64,000 nucleotides of DNA, taken from Eledone cirrhosa. Lineage: Eukaryota. Shown here piece after piece: positions 42,901 through 56,699 of this stretch; position 1 is the stretch's first letter, and every line of letters begins with the position of its first letter. The position numbers and the translations under genes were made by a program. Below the pieces are notes generated by a model. That model was not told the DNA's origin and did no database searches. It saw only the letters and a program-made list of their open reading frames with translations. The stretch covers positions 70,804,001 through 70,868,000 of the forward strand of contig OZ024744.1 in NCBI GenBank assembly GCA_964016885.1. The letters run 5' to 3'.

Positions 42901-43079
42901 GGCAGTATCGGTAGAGGGTCGGACGCCATGCTTTCCAGCATAGTTACCTCCCTTTACGATCTGAGTTCAAATCCCGCCGAGGTTGACTTTGCCTTTCATC
43001 CTTACGGGGTCGATAAAATAAAGTACCAGTAATGCACTGGGTAATTGCTGGCCTTGTGCCTAAAGTAGAAACAATTATT
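42901..43079 (+). mobile_element. tRNA-derived SINE inserted in the PLE ORF
   Basis: Family match; flanked by attatta. Confidence 0.85.
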
Positions 43080-43502
43080 AGTATTTAAACTATTATTGTT
43101 ATTCCCATTAACTAATGTATTGTTATTATTATTATTATTATTATTGCTAATTATATGTTGGTTCAAATTAAGATTTTTACTATTCATTTTTGCTATATTT
43201 TGAGCAATATTCATAGTTGTTGAATAAGAAAGTTTAACTGTATGTCTATTGAAAATAGAGTAATATTTATGTGACCTAGGGAAGCATATATCCAAAGCTT
43301 TAAAAAAGAAGTGTGCTACAGGTGTTTTAATAGTTAAAGATGCAGGCGGAGCATACCAAATTATAGATCGAGTTCTTATTTTTTTCCCCGATTTATTCCT
43401 CAAGTTGTTGATTTTATATTCATTTTTATTATGATTAGTGTGATTATAATTAATATTATTTTCACTATTTTTTCTATATACTCAATATTATTGTTATATC
43501 CA

Positions 43503-43710
43503 AGGCGGTGGATTGTTATATAGGGCGGTGGATTGGCAGTATCGGTAGAGAGTCGGACATCATGCTTTGAAGCATAGAGTTACGTCCCTTTATGATCTGA
43601 GTTCGTAATCCCGCCGAGGTTAACTTTGCCTTTCATCCTTACGGGGTCGATAAAATAAAGTCCCAGTAATGTACTGGGTAATTGCTGGCCTTGTGCCTAA
43701 AATAGAAACA
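43503..43710 (+). mobile_element. tRNA-derived SINE with a 16-bp TSD
   Basis: attattgttatatcca at 43487-43502 and 43711-43726. Confidence 0.88.
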
Positions 43711-45094
43711 ATTATTGTTATATCCAGCTTTATGTAACGATTCATTATAATATACAGCCTTACTATTAAATATGGATCTATTAGCAGATAGCCTGGATAT
43801 TCGTTGTTGTACACTGTTGACAATTGCATTCTTAACACTTTTAGGATGATTAGAATAAAAACTAACATAATTTAAATTCTCATTGAGTTTATGGAAGGGA
43901 TAATAAAGGCCTGAGTTCAAATTAAGAGTCACGTCTAAAAAATTAACTATTTTATTATTATTTTCTACTTCTAATTTCTAAACTGAAACTATATAAATAA
44001 GTAAATGCAGAAGTAAATATAACCTTCAGTAAATTAATGAAATTAACTTTTGTGAGTAAATGTAACTGCAGTTTAATCCTAGAAATTAAATGAAAATTAA
44101 AGAATAGTGAAGATTTAAAAAAGAGAATATCATAATTAAATAATTTGAGTAATATATGATCTAAATATATTATATGTATTGATGGTGACTTATGTATGGT
44201 ATTAGATTTTAATACATATGTAATAATTATTCAAATACGCTTTAATGATTAATTCTTTTAAAGTTGTAACAAAATATTTATAGAATATCTTATCGTAAAA
44301 TTAAAAATAATAATCTATAATGAGTTAAATAAAATAAAATAAATTTTTAATTAAACTATATATGTGATTGCTATAGAAAATAATCTATACTGATTAATTT
44401 TGATATAATATATAAGTATAATTAGCTAATGCATAATCAAATACTAAAGATATTCAATTGTTTAGTTGAATTGATTGGATGTCCTATTTGATCCAGTATT
44501 TGAAAACAACGGTTTTTTCTCTATCTTTCTTTTCTTTATTTTCTTTACCCCTTCTGTTCCCTTTACTTTCCTTACACCTTCCCTCTTTTGTCGTTATTCC
44601 TCTTTTCTTTTTATATATTTCTTTTACTCATTCATCCTTTTATGTTTTGTTTTTATTCATTTATCTATTTATGTATATATTTACGTATGTATTTATTTAT
44701 TTTTTCTTGCCTTTCCTCCTATTTACACCCTCTCTCATATCTCTAATTTGCTCTACGTCCTTTTCTTCTTTAAGTTTATCATATTATTTGTGGTATACAA
44801 ACATTGAGATTTGACGAAATAAATCACTGCTAATACTGGAATTGTATAATCAAGACCGTAGCGGTATGTCATACATCAAATCATATATTTTATCTGATGA
44901 AGACGTACTGAAAAAACAACACAGGACTTTGAAATATATATAATAAAGCATATATTTTGATTATGTGAATATCCTTCATTTATTAATATTTTGAATAATA
45001 TTAAAAACTCAAAGAAAACTTTTTGTTGAGTGCTTTTAATCAATAGTAAAATTGTATTCATTGAGTAATCAACGAACTATATTAATCTTTGGTC

Positions 45095-45190
<96 letters not shown>

Positions 45191-45419
45191 GTGTGTGTGT
45201 GTGTACGTATGTATATGTATGTAAGTGTATATGTGTATGTATGTGTAAGTATATTTATGTATACGTGTGTATAATACGTATGTATGTATAATTATGTGTG
45301 TATATATGTATATATATGTATATGTGTGTATGAGTGTACGTAGGGATATATATGTGTATATGTATAGGTATGTACGTGTGTATATATGTGTGTATATATG
45401 TGTATATATATATTTATAT

Positions 45420-45630
45420 ATAGGAACAGATTCAGGACCCCGACAGCAGAGCTCAAGCCGCTTCTACGGCTATTTCTGGACTGAAATAGTCCAGATCTAG
45501 CCATCGAAAAGGCTTGAGCTCTGCCGTCGGGGTTCTGACTCATTTCCTATTACCCACTCTACTACCCTAAGTATCGACTACTCTGGTGCGTTATGGTCCA
45601 CCTGGTTCCTTACCACACTTCCTTCGTTAT
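45420..45630. repeat. Family E imperfect fold-back plus tail
   Basis: ccccgacagcagagctcaagc..gcttgagctctgccgtcgggg; the tail ttacccactctac..ttccttcgttata is shared with 34280-34362. Confidence 0.8.
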
Positions 45631-45692
45631 ATATATATATATATATATGTGTGTTTGTATGAAAAAATATATTAAAAAATATATAAGTATGA

Positions 45693-45724
<32 letters not shown>

Positions 45725-45846
45725 ATATATGTGTGTATATGTAGGTATATATATATATGTATATATATATATATGTGTGTGTACTTGTAATATATATATA
45801 TGTATATATATATATATATGTACCTGTGTATTTGTGTATATATGTG

Positions 45847-45909
<63 letters not shown>

Positions 45910-45918
45910 GTGTATATG

Positions 45919-45988
<70 letters not shown>

Positions 45989-46098
45989 TGTGTGTGTGTG
46001 TATGTGTATGTGTATGTATATGTATATGTGTGTATATGTGTATATGTGTATGTATGTGTGTATATATATATATATATAAATTCCCACGGAAATACTTC

Positions 46099-46185
<87 letters not shown>

Positions 46186-46550
46186 TATATACATATATAT
46201 ATATGGATATAAGAGTGTGTGTTTTTGCGAGTGTGTGGGAGTGAGGGCTTTATATGTGTGCGTGTGTGAATGTGCTTGTAGACACCTGACCAAAGGCATT
46301 ATTAGCTTACGTGAACCTTAAAAATCAGGAGTTGTACCCCCAGAGTGAATCTGTCAATAGAATTCTTTCTGCCTTTACTCTTTTACTATTTTACCTGTTC
46401 CAGCCGTCCGGCTGAGGCCATGATCTAGATATTTTTTTTAAAGAATTCCCTTTTCTTTAAACCCATCAACCAATGACCCCACTCATCCCAATCACCATCC
46501 TCGCCTACCACCAGAAAAGATATAAATACCACCGTATTACTTGGGCAGTC

Positions 46551-46601
46551 GGCTTCCTGATGATTTCTCCCGAATGAAACAGTTCTAATCCTCTAGAAGC
46601 C
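46551..46601 (+). ncRNA. Hammerhead ribozyme, family F
   Basis: ggcttc-CTGATGA-tttctcccgaat-GAAA-cagttctaatcctc-TA-gaagcc. Confidence 0.7.
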
Positions 46602-46744
46602 TTTCTATATTAAATCTTTATACTCTGCTTTGTATTGAGTACCTTACTTACTGTGGTTACCCCCGATTGAACCCGGGATAAACTTATATATATATATATA
46701 TAGTTTTGCGAGTTTTTTTTATATGAAATCGTGTGTCGAAACAA

Positions 46745-47292
46745 ATATTGTTATACTTGGGGAGGGTCATATTTGTGTAATAATATTGCCAGAATTAATA
46801 ACAGGACACACTCACTGTTTGGTTGGTTTTCACTTCTGTGTCCTTTATATCGGTTAATTTAATTTATTCGGTCCTCAATGTTACCATTGACTAAAAAACT
46901 AAGATAGAATACAATAACCAATACACAGTCACCCAAACACGAACACATATCAAACAAAACACTATACACACACGCAAACGCATGCGCAGAGAAGACAAAA
47001 AATAAACAAATAAATAAATATATAAACAGACTAAATAAAGATGGCGTAGGAATACAATGCAACGGGAGGAAACATAATAGCACCACTGACGATGTTGCAG
47101 ATCTGCAACGAAAGAACTTTGTTAGACTATATATATATATGTGTTTGTGTCTATATTGTATCTGTATTGAGGACCGAATAAATTAAATTAACCGATATAA
47201 AGGACACAGAAGCGAAAACCAACCAAACAGTGAGTGTGTTCTGTTATTAATTCTGGCAATATTATTACACAAATATGACCCTCCCCAAGTAT

Positions 47293-47300
<8 letters not shown>
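46745..47300. repeat. Inverted repeat (46745-46879 and 47166-47300) enclosing an HHR candidate at ~47080-47125
   Basis: Reverse-complement arms; CTGACGA-tgttgcagatctgcaac-GAAA-gaac-TT. Confidence 0.8.
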
Positions 47301-47332
<32 letters not shown>

Positions 47333-47387
47333 GTGAGGTTTTTTTTACAAAATGAAAAATAACCGAGGTGTCCTACACGAGTGGAAG

Positions 47388-47685
47388 TATAAAGAAAAAG
47401 GGATGAAATCGAAAATGCAACTGAAGTCTTATTTTTTTAAAAAATATATATATTTATTTGATTCCTTTACGGGTTTCGCAGTTCTTCTGCTTTTCAAAAG
47501 GTGAGTTGAGATGGAGGGTCTGTGGTTTTTCTCACATCTGATGTGAGAAAAACCACAGACCCTCCATCTCAACTAACCTTTTGAAAAGCAGAAGAACTGC
47601 GAAACCGGTAAAGGAACCAAATAAATATATATATTTTTTAAAAAAATAAGACTTCAGTTGCATTTTCGATTTCATCCCTTTTTCT

Positions 47686-47690
<5 letters not shown>
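47388..47690. repeat. ~150-bp-arm palindrome containing an HHR variant
   Basis: Centre ..ctcacatc-t-gatgtgag.. at ~47539; few arm mismatches; ends at (TA)n. Confidence 0.92.
47577..47614 (+). ncRNA. Hammerhead ribozyme with a U3-A8 covariant core
   Basis: cctt-TTGAAAA-gcagaagaactgc-GAAA-ccgg-TA-aagg. Confidence 0.7.
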
Positions 47691-47774
<84 letters not shown>

Positions 47775-47781
<7 letters not shown>

Positions 47782-48110
47782 AGATCAAAAGATGGTTAAA
47801 GGAGTTCCATGTATTTTATTATGCGCATTTCAAAAACAAACATCATCATGCAATAATATTTGTGTTTTCATCAGATAAAACAGGAGAACATGATATGAAG
47901 GCTAAAAAACACTTGTGGATAGTGCAGTTTTAAATCAACATATCTGTTGATTTAAAACTGCACTATCCACAAGTGTTTTTTAGCCTTCATATCATGTTCT
48001 CCTGTTTTATCTGATGAAAACACAAATATTATTGCATGATGATGTTTGTTTTTGAAATGCGCATAATAAAATACATGGAACTCCTTTAACCATCTTTTGA
48101 TCTTATATTA
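47775..48110. repeat. Apparently perfect ~166-bp-arm palindrome with a 4-bp loop
   Basis: Centre tttaaatcaaca-tatc-tgttgatttaaa. Confidence 0.93.
48004..48072 (+). ncRNA. Hammerhead ribozyme (mirror copy on the minus strand in the left arm)
   Basis: gttttat-CTGATGA-aaacacaaatattattgcatgatgatgtttgttttt-GAAA-tgcgca-TA-ataaaat. Confidence 0.82.
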
Positions 48111-48192
48111 TGCATACTCCAGTCCTACAAACTGTAGAGTGCTTCTTATCCGATATCTGCATTGCTTTATTGTACTACAATAAAACTCACCT

Positions 48193-48231
<39 letters not shown>

Positions 48232-48240
<9 letters not shown>

Positions 48241-49125
48241 CACATACACCAATTAAACAAAGTCACAGATATATATGTGTTTTGGCAACCATTCACGATG
48301 TGGCTCAATGAAGAATTAATAAATTAAATAATCAGAGCAAAATACTATAAAGTAAAGCAAGTCCATAGAATTATTTGAGAAGAAATGATGTATATATATT
48401 ATCAAATAATTCTATGGACTTGCTTTACTTTATAGTATTTTGCTCTGATTATTTAATTTATTAATTCTTCATTGAGCCCCATCGTGAATGGTTGCCAAAA
48501 CACATATATATATGTGACTTTGTTTAATTGGTGTATGTGTAAATATTTATATTTAATAATCTCCCGTAAGGTTGAGACACAATTTGGGCGATATTGGGCT
48601 GCGCTTTCTAGCAACCAACCCACTCGCCGTAAGCAACCAATCACACTCTTTCTGACTTGACCACTGCCACGTCACAGTTCTCAGCCATTTTGAATTCGTG
48701 TTTGGCGGGGGCCACTTCGGAAAAAAATCTGTCCTAGCGTGTTTGTCCCCTGACGAGTTCGATACTCGAGATTTATCCTTAATAGGATATCTCAAAATAC
48801 GAACGAAACCATGGTAGGGATTTAGTGATTTAATCCTGGTATGTATATAAACATTTCTAACTTTAATTTTATACCTAATTGTGTATGGTTGACCGTATAT
48901 TTAATTAATTTCCACGTGCTGTTGAAATGATGGGTAGATATTCTATAGCGGTTGGCCGCGAAGACGCTGCTATGGTATATTTATTTACTGTTTCTTCATA
49001 GGTGCCTTTTAATCTTATAGCCTGGTTTAATTGATTTTCTGTGTGGTTAATTATGCTAATTGGGAGAAGAAATTATGTATATATATTATCAAATAATTCT
49101 ATGGACTTGCTTTACTTTATAGTAT
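48232..49125 (+). mobile_element. ~685-bp HHR module with a terminal direct repeat and an inverted 5' copy
   Basis: 48232-48377 is the inverse of 48403-48549; 48378-48440 is repeated at 49063-49125. Confidence 0.8.
48746..48820 (+). ncRNA. Hammerhead ribozyme with extended stem II
   Basis: tccc-CTGACGA-gttcgatactcgagatttatccttaataggatatctcaaaatacgaac-GAAA-ccatgg-TA-ggga. Confidence 0.85.
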
Positions 49126-49259
49126 ATATATATATATTAGGTATTAAATTAACAATGAAAATAAAAACAACAAAATCAAGTTATTTTACCTATTCATATC
49201 ATTGTTTTGCGATCATTTCGGAGAGTCGATCATATTGACATATTGTGTTTTTAAAATTA

Positions 49260-49335
<76 letters not shown>

Positions 49336-49337
<2 letters not shown>

Positions 49338-49918
49338 TAATTTAAAAAAGACCAAAGATTCAAGGCATTGTCAAACTGACATGTTTCTGCTACATATTTA
49401 AATCCCTCACAAAACCTATCATACCTGTACCGTCTCTAAACTCTAACTATTGTTAACTTGTCTCTTGAAGCTACTGTCTTGCTATTGTTTTCTAAACGGT
49501 TTGCTTGAAAACAATTTTAAAGAACTCTTTTCGTTTTTTGTTGTTTTTTGTTTGTGAAGAAAATCTATAGTTGTTGGAGATTTCTCAAAATCTTGAACCT
49601 TCTTGAGTATTCTTGCTATCTGTCGTTATCCTTGCTATTGCTGTCATTGATATATGAGTTAAGAAGCGTCGACCTATGTGAAATACCGATATGTAGAAAT
49701 AAACTCCGATCATTCCGACCTTGAACCAACTCCTGAAGGTCAAGTTATAAAACTATAAACATTTTTATAAATATTAAAAAAATTTGTTCAGATTTTTAAA
49801 TTAAAAATGTTGAGGTCTTTTTAATTGCAGTTCGGTGACCCCGGAATGAAATTTAGGTCGGCAGAAACATATGCCAGTTTAACAATGCCATGAATCTTTG
49901 GTGTTTTTAAAATTAGTA
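49336..49918. repeat. Inverted termini (49336-49390 and 49861-49918) around a decayed long-stem-II HHR at 49701-49880
   Basis: aaact-ccgatca-ttccgacct..aggtcggca-GAAA-catatg-cc-agttt. Confidence 0.6.
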
Positions 49919-49997
49919 TATAACAACTCTGAGTGAACACCATTACATTGAGCTTTTAACCATCCGGTAAAGCAGTTTTAATACTTCATTTATTAAT

Positions 49998-50390
49998 AAT
50001 TGTTTCTACTTTTGGCACAAGGCCAGCAATTATCCCAGTGTATTACTGGTACTTTATTTTATCGACCCCGTAAGGATGAAAGGCAAAGTTAACCTTGGCG
50101 GGATTTGAACTCAGTCCGTAAAGGGACGTAACTGTGCTGCAAAGCATGGCATCCGACCCTCTACCGATACTACCAATCCACCGTCTTTTATTAATCCACC
50201 TTCATTTATTAATAATTGTTTCTACTTTTGGCACAAGGCCAGCAAATTACCCAGTACATTACTGGTACTTTATTTTATCGACCCCGTAAGGATGAAAGGC
50301 AAAGTTAACCTCGGCGGGATTTGAACTCAGATCATAAAGGGACGTAGCTATGCTGGCAAGCATGTCCGAGCCTCTACCGATACTGCCAAT
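49998..50390 (-). mobile_element. Two tandem tRNA-derived SINEs
   Basis: Copies at ~49998-50185 and ~50214-50390. Confidence 0.85.
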
Positions 50391-50427
50391 ATTAATAATG
50401 ATATTATTATTACTACTATAATGTGCG

Positions 50428-50468
<41 letters not shown>

Positions 50469-50533
50469 ATGTGTGTGTGTGTGTGCGTGCGTGTGTGTGT
50501 GTATATATGTGTGTATATGTGTGTATATACATA

Positions 50534-50592
<59 letters not shown>

Positions 50593-50767
50593 GAGAGGTG
50601 TTCTGTGAGATTATAACACTACTGTGATTGGAAATTTACGGATTGGAGTAAACTCTGAACTGTTTTTTACCTACATTGTTGTGGACTATAAAATCACATT
50701 GAGCTTTAAAATGTTCTTTGGGTTTATATTTGGGTCTTTGTATTATCAACTTCTTTAAACTTGGTTA

Positions 50768-50807
<40 letters not shown>

Positions 50808-50809
<2 letters not shown>

Positions 50810-51180
50810 GTTGGGTCTCAGTACAACTTATTTCACGGTTGGGAGGTCGGCGACTAAACCGGCTCCCTCACCAGACCTTGGTTTGGTGAGGAGGGTAAGT
50901 GGAAACCCAACATCCAAAAACAAGAGCTGTCAACAGCCATCCACACCCCGACTATGGGTTAATTAGCTTCACCAACCTGCAATTGGGCAAGCGTGCTGAG
51001 TAGGACTACATCCCCTAGGGAGGGTAAACTCCATGGCAATAACACATACGATCCTCTTAACTGTCCTGTTATCTACCGTGGCTTGTCACTGGACACATAG
51101 CTGCAGGGATAGAGTTCGATGCAACGTCATGCATCATCAGACAACGTAAAACATAGGTAACGGATCAGTCATCATCTATT
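50808..51180 (+). mobile_element. Probable RTE-type 5' UTR related to the family C head
   Basis: gtacaac..ggcgactaaac..cacca..tggtgaggagggt..aaaaacaa..ctgtcaa is shared with family C. Confidence 0.5.
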
Positions 51181-51802
51181 GTACGAGACTTTTACGCAAT
51201 TTGGGATCTTTAAACTGTTTGTCTCAAGGTGCTCCTGGCTATGAAACCACCACCAGAAAGAATTACGTTAAACAAGAAAAGAAAATATTACGAACAAATA
51301 GTAAAAGTAAAAATAACGAAAAATTGCAGACGAGTCTTTCGGCGGAGGAGGTAATTTATTGCATTTTAAATAAACTAAAATAAAAACAATAAACAAATGT
51401 TAAATTCTTTCAACTGAGAAGGACAAAAAGTGTAACAGGTGCATGATGATTTAGACTTACTGGGGCTTTTTTCAACACGCTGACTCGTATCTGTATATAT
51501 GTGTGTGAGTGTGTGTGTGTGTCTGTGTGTATATATATGCATATATATTTATATGTATGAGTATGTAAATATAAACGCACAAACACAGACACACTTACAA
51601 AAATACACACTCACAGACACACATTCACACAAATACACATACATTCACACAAACACACACATACATTCACACAAACAAACACACACATACATTTACACAA
51701 ACACACACATACACATATGCTCACACACAGCGTAGCAAGTAGAACGCCAGTCGTTGTTTTTCCTATAGCTTTTTCACCATTCCTTTCCTTCCTTTTTTTA
51801 GA

Positions 51803-51927
<125 letters not shown>

Positions 51928-52119
51928 TGTGTGCGGACGGGCGGAATTTGGTCAATTTTATATATAGATGTCTTATAATGGAGAAAGCCCGCCCTGCCGT
52001 TTTCGTGGTAACAGTTAAAAGGAAGTCAATAGAAACTGAAAATAGAGGAGGCAGCCCACACAGTGAGTTAAAGATATAGGGACAACCCAGGCGTTGCAAA
52101 GAGTAGAGTTATTTTCTAA

Positions 52120-53040
52120 TGTATATTATGCGTTAGTGAGGTGTCTTTTTAGATTCTTGGTTGCCGTTTGTTTTTCACGACTGAGGTTCATTTCACTAGC
52201 TCCTTCATTTTCGTGCTTTGAAACAGGATTGGAAGGGTTTTTTAATGATAACAAATATGTTTGGTACTCCTGAATCATAGGTGCTAACAAATAGAATATC
52301 TTCCTTAACATTTTGTCTATGAGGTCTAAGTTTAGATATATCCAGTTCCTTTACGTTTTTAATCCTGTCATCTATTAAATTCAAGGAATATTTTTGTTGT
52401 TTAAGCAAACCTCTAAGTTTAACAATGTGGATTTACCGCTGTTCTGTATCAGCCATTATTGCATATGTTCACCTTGCTATGTGGTATGGAATGTTCCGTT
52501 TGGTGTGTGAAACGTGGCATAAATAAAAGTTCAAATATTGTTATGTGTCTTTCTTTTTGTAAACTATGTCTGTTGTAATTCTGACCTTACATTATTTTAT
52601 GAGGATTTCCAAAAGCAATAATTCTTTCTCTTTGGTTTCTGTTGTGAATTGGTGGAGGACATTGAAAATGTAATCCGTTATTTCTTCTAGTATTTTATCT
52701 TCATAAAAATCCTTATCCATAATGACAATTGCCTTATATTTGTCAGCTTTTCTTAAAATAATTAAATTAGTCGTTTTCAATGTTTATGGGTATTAATGGG
52801 AAATTTAGGCCTCTAAATGTTCATCTCTATACGGGGGTGAAATCATATTTATTCCTGACCACAAAATCATCTTCAATCCTATTGTTGACAACTTTTCTCG
52901 GGGAAAGATACCAAGTGATGTTTTGAATGTCTGCATTTAGTTTTGTAATATTTAATGTTGGTGTGGGAGTAAATTTTAAACCCTTCAATAATAAGTCAAT
53001 TTCATATTTGTTTAGGTTTCTTTTCGGTAACTTTTATATT
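52120..53040 (-). pseudogene. Highly degenerate PLE reverse transcriptase (non-Naiad)
   Basis: Fragments LLLKGLKFTPTP, IILRKADK..IVIMDK, CHVSHTKRNIPY and LKQQKY. Confidence 0.65.
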
Positions 53041-53165
53041 TTAGGAAACCAAATATTTTCGGTAGAGGAGTTTAGTTTTTTTGTTGTTTCGTAGGATCTG
53101 GTGTCTAGTGTCATATTACTGCTGACAACTATACTTATATATAAACATGGGCATATATATATATA

Positions 53166-53570
53166 TGGTGGCTGCCAACTCGTTTTCGAGTACGGCCACT
53201 ACTTTATATCCATGTAGGAGAACCCCTACCGATGCGCTGAACAAGTGTGACTTTTTAGTCCAGCCAGCGACTTGAAAACTCTGGTACAAACACTACACTT
53301 GTGACAATTATTGACACAGTGCTGGGCCCATGGTACCATGTGACGACAAGTGCAGAGAGATCTCCAGATATAAAGCAATGCCTGTGCCGTTAAGCTTTTA
53401 TAGTGAGCAAAGGCACTGCACAAAGCCAGTCCCACTCTCTTAACCAAGATGATATTTACCAAAAAGAAGAAGTCAACATCATTGGATGCCATCAGGGTTG
53501 CAGGTGTTATATCAGAGTTTTCCTTCTCCTAGAATTCTGCCTTGACAAAGGCTAAGGGGTCATCTCTCCC
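53166..53570 (-). mobile_element. Family C element (5'-truncated)
   Basis: Sequence identity to the other family C copies. Confidence 0.75.
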
Positions 53571-53595
53571 TATATATATATATATATACATACAT

Positions 53596-53738
<143 letters not shown>

Positions 53739-53847
53739 GTATAAATAATTCATAGACTTAACATGTTAAATGTATGAAACATTATTTATACTAAATAAGG
53801 TCTCTTGCAATAGACTGAGGATTGTTTTAAAATTGATCTTTCACCCT

Positions 53848-54107
<260 letters not shown>

Positions 54108-54479
54108 GTCTACCAAACTCGTCCCATGGACTAAGTGCTCTTCTACTGCGGATATAACCCTCCAGTGTTTTACTATTATATTATAACTATTATATATTCT
54201 TTGTTTCGTATGATCTGGTACCTAGTATTTTGTTACTTATATATAAACATGTGTTCATATATATGTGTGTGTGGGGTTGGGGGGGAGGGGAGGGGGGTTG
54301 CGCGCGCGCGTGGAGACACGAGAAAGGCAAAAAATACAAAGGACAATGAACGAAACAAACAAACAAAAACGCACCGATAATCCACCATCAGTCTTGAGGA
54401 AATTGCACTTTCTGGAATCAAATGAATGACAAATAGAACTCCCGAAATGGTGGCGCGAGAATGCTGGAATTTTTAGGGC

Positions 54480-54930
54480 TAGATAACATCGATGTGATAC
54501 CATTACAGATAATCCAGTTTTTTGTGTACCTGAGGAGTATACAAAGGGTGGAGGCCTTGTCAGTGAAATTGCTTTCTCCATTGAAAAATAATCAAGAGCC
54601 ATCTCAAACTTGAAAAACGCTTTTCGTCGAAACGTTACATGAAAATATTAACCAAAAATCCCCGTATATAAAGCATGCGTCCTTGACGGCTCATGTATAC
54701 GCTAGTAAAACATGGGTCTTATATAATCACAAGGTCAATTTAAGGGAACGCTTTCATGCAAGATGTTGCTTTGACTGGGGGTCACCGAAGTTCTTGAGAG
54801 AGCAGGGCTGCCGAGAATCGAAGCTCTAATAATTCAAAAATATATATATTTATGTGATGTGGTCATCTCGTTCGAATGGACGATTTACTTCTCCCAAAGC
54901 AAATGTTTCATGGAGAGTTATGCAAGGCCT
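54480..54930 (+). pseudogene. Degenerate RTE-type RT C-terminal fragment
   Basis: Remnants such as F.YL.S, TKIPVYKACVL and HLVRMDD..LPKQMFHGEL. Confidence 0.55.
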
Positions 54931-55336
54931 CAAAACCAAACCTCAGGTGTAGTTACTGATTAACGTTCTACCTAAGAAAGTGCCGGTTCCTTCGTAAGGA
55001 ATTGGAAATGTCTTGCAAAGAATAGGAGAAGAGAGAGCATAACTGTAAGAGTTGAAAGATATGAAAAATGAAGAACGGAATCGTCCACATTGTGGCACTA
55101 TTGAATATAGTGTGATGTGGATGGAAGAGTTTCTTTTTCTTCCTGGTTGACTGATATAGCGTAAATTAATGGAAAATAGGAAAAAAGGTTCAGTATCAGT
55201 TGGGTGCAATAGTATCATACGGCGTGTGTGAGTTCAAGTCCAGTGGGTGATCAATTTTTTTGTCAAACTATTCTTTATATCCTGAATACGTGCGTTGAAG
55301 CTGTTAAATTTAAATTGGCTGTAATTTCCAAACACA

Positions 55337-55455
<119 letters not shown>

Positions 55456-55867
55456 GAGCACACAGATATATGAAAGTAATGGACAAGTTTCGATCTCATC
55501 GAATAATCTCAATGAAGTATATTAATTTACCATATACTTATATAAAAATACAATATATGCGCATATAATTTCATACGAAAGAAACAGTTGTAACACTGTT
55601 GCAGTCTTTTCTATATAAAATTAATATTCTTCTTCACTACGAATGTACTGGGTTCCTTATAAACGATAATAAGTGAAAAACAAAGGATTACTGCTTTCTG
55701 TTCTTGCTGAGGCCGGGTGCGTGACGATGGTCACAATCTTAAAAATCCATAGCAAAAGGCCTTCAAACGTTTTTCATAAACATCCCGTATATTATTCAAT
55801 ATATATTCAGGACCCCAACGACTGAGCTCCGGCCGTTTCAACAGCTAGATCCGAACGGTTAGTTCTG

Positions 55868-55957
<90 letters not shown>

Positions 55958-56068
55958 GATCTGATCTGACATGTATATATATATATTTGTGTGTGTGTGT
56001 GTGTGTGTGTGTAAAGCATTCTGAGCAATTATAGACCACACCAAAAATAATTTTCGCTAGGTATATTA

Positions 56069-56190
56069 GTGAAGGCGTGTGGCTGAGTGGTTAGAGAACT
56101 GGATTCGCAATCGCGAGGTTGTCAATTCGGTTTCTGGACCGGGCGATGCGTTATGTCCTTGAGCAAGGCACTTTATTTCACGTTGTTCCT
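56069..56190 (+). mobile_element. Second tRNA-derived SINE family (CORE-like)
   Basis: gtgaaggcgtgtggctgagtggttagag..gtccttgagcaaggcacttt; a head fragment also occurs at 28448. Confidence 0.7.
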
Positions 56191-56699
56191 TCTACATGGA
56201 GTCGCGACCGATAGATAGTATTAGCAATTGGAAAGACCAGAGGAAACGTTTCCTCGGTCCAATTTGACGAATGTCGATCGACAACATTTTTTTTCATACT
56301 AGTATTCTTTACCAACTTCGCCCCTCATCACGGATTAGTCATCGTACAAACACACAGATCCAAACAGACACACATGCTCACATATACACACTCACATTGG
56401 CAATAAACAAAACACATGCACACACACATAAAGAAAGAAAAATTAAAACAACAAAACGCAGTCACAAAATTAACCTCATCCGCATACACGTGCTAGTACC
56501 GGTAATCGACCCGAGCACTCCACCATCACTCCGAATACCGGACTACTTACCAACCCATCTCATCTTTCTCTTATGCTAACTTGGTGAATGTAACGAACAA
56601 GTTTCAATCTCATCGGATCACCGCAACGAAGTATATTCATTTAGCAATTACTTGTACATTTATTTCCACCTTCTTTCTAACACTGTAATCGTTAACTTA

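Larger units (their letters stand above)
41020..45090 (-). mobile_element. 5'-truncated Naiad PLE with ~1-kb inverted family G termini and two SINE insertions; HHRs at 41073-41133 (-) and 44888-44948 (+)
   Basis: 41020-42039 is the reverse complement of 43984-45000. Minus-strand remnants at 42400-43975: NFLDVTLNL, PFHK, SNHP, IIWYAPP, CNCRKKSECP, YIGAT. Confidence 0.88.
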
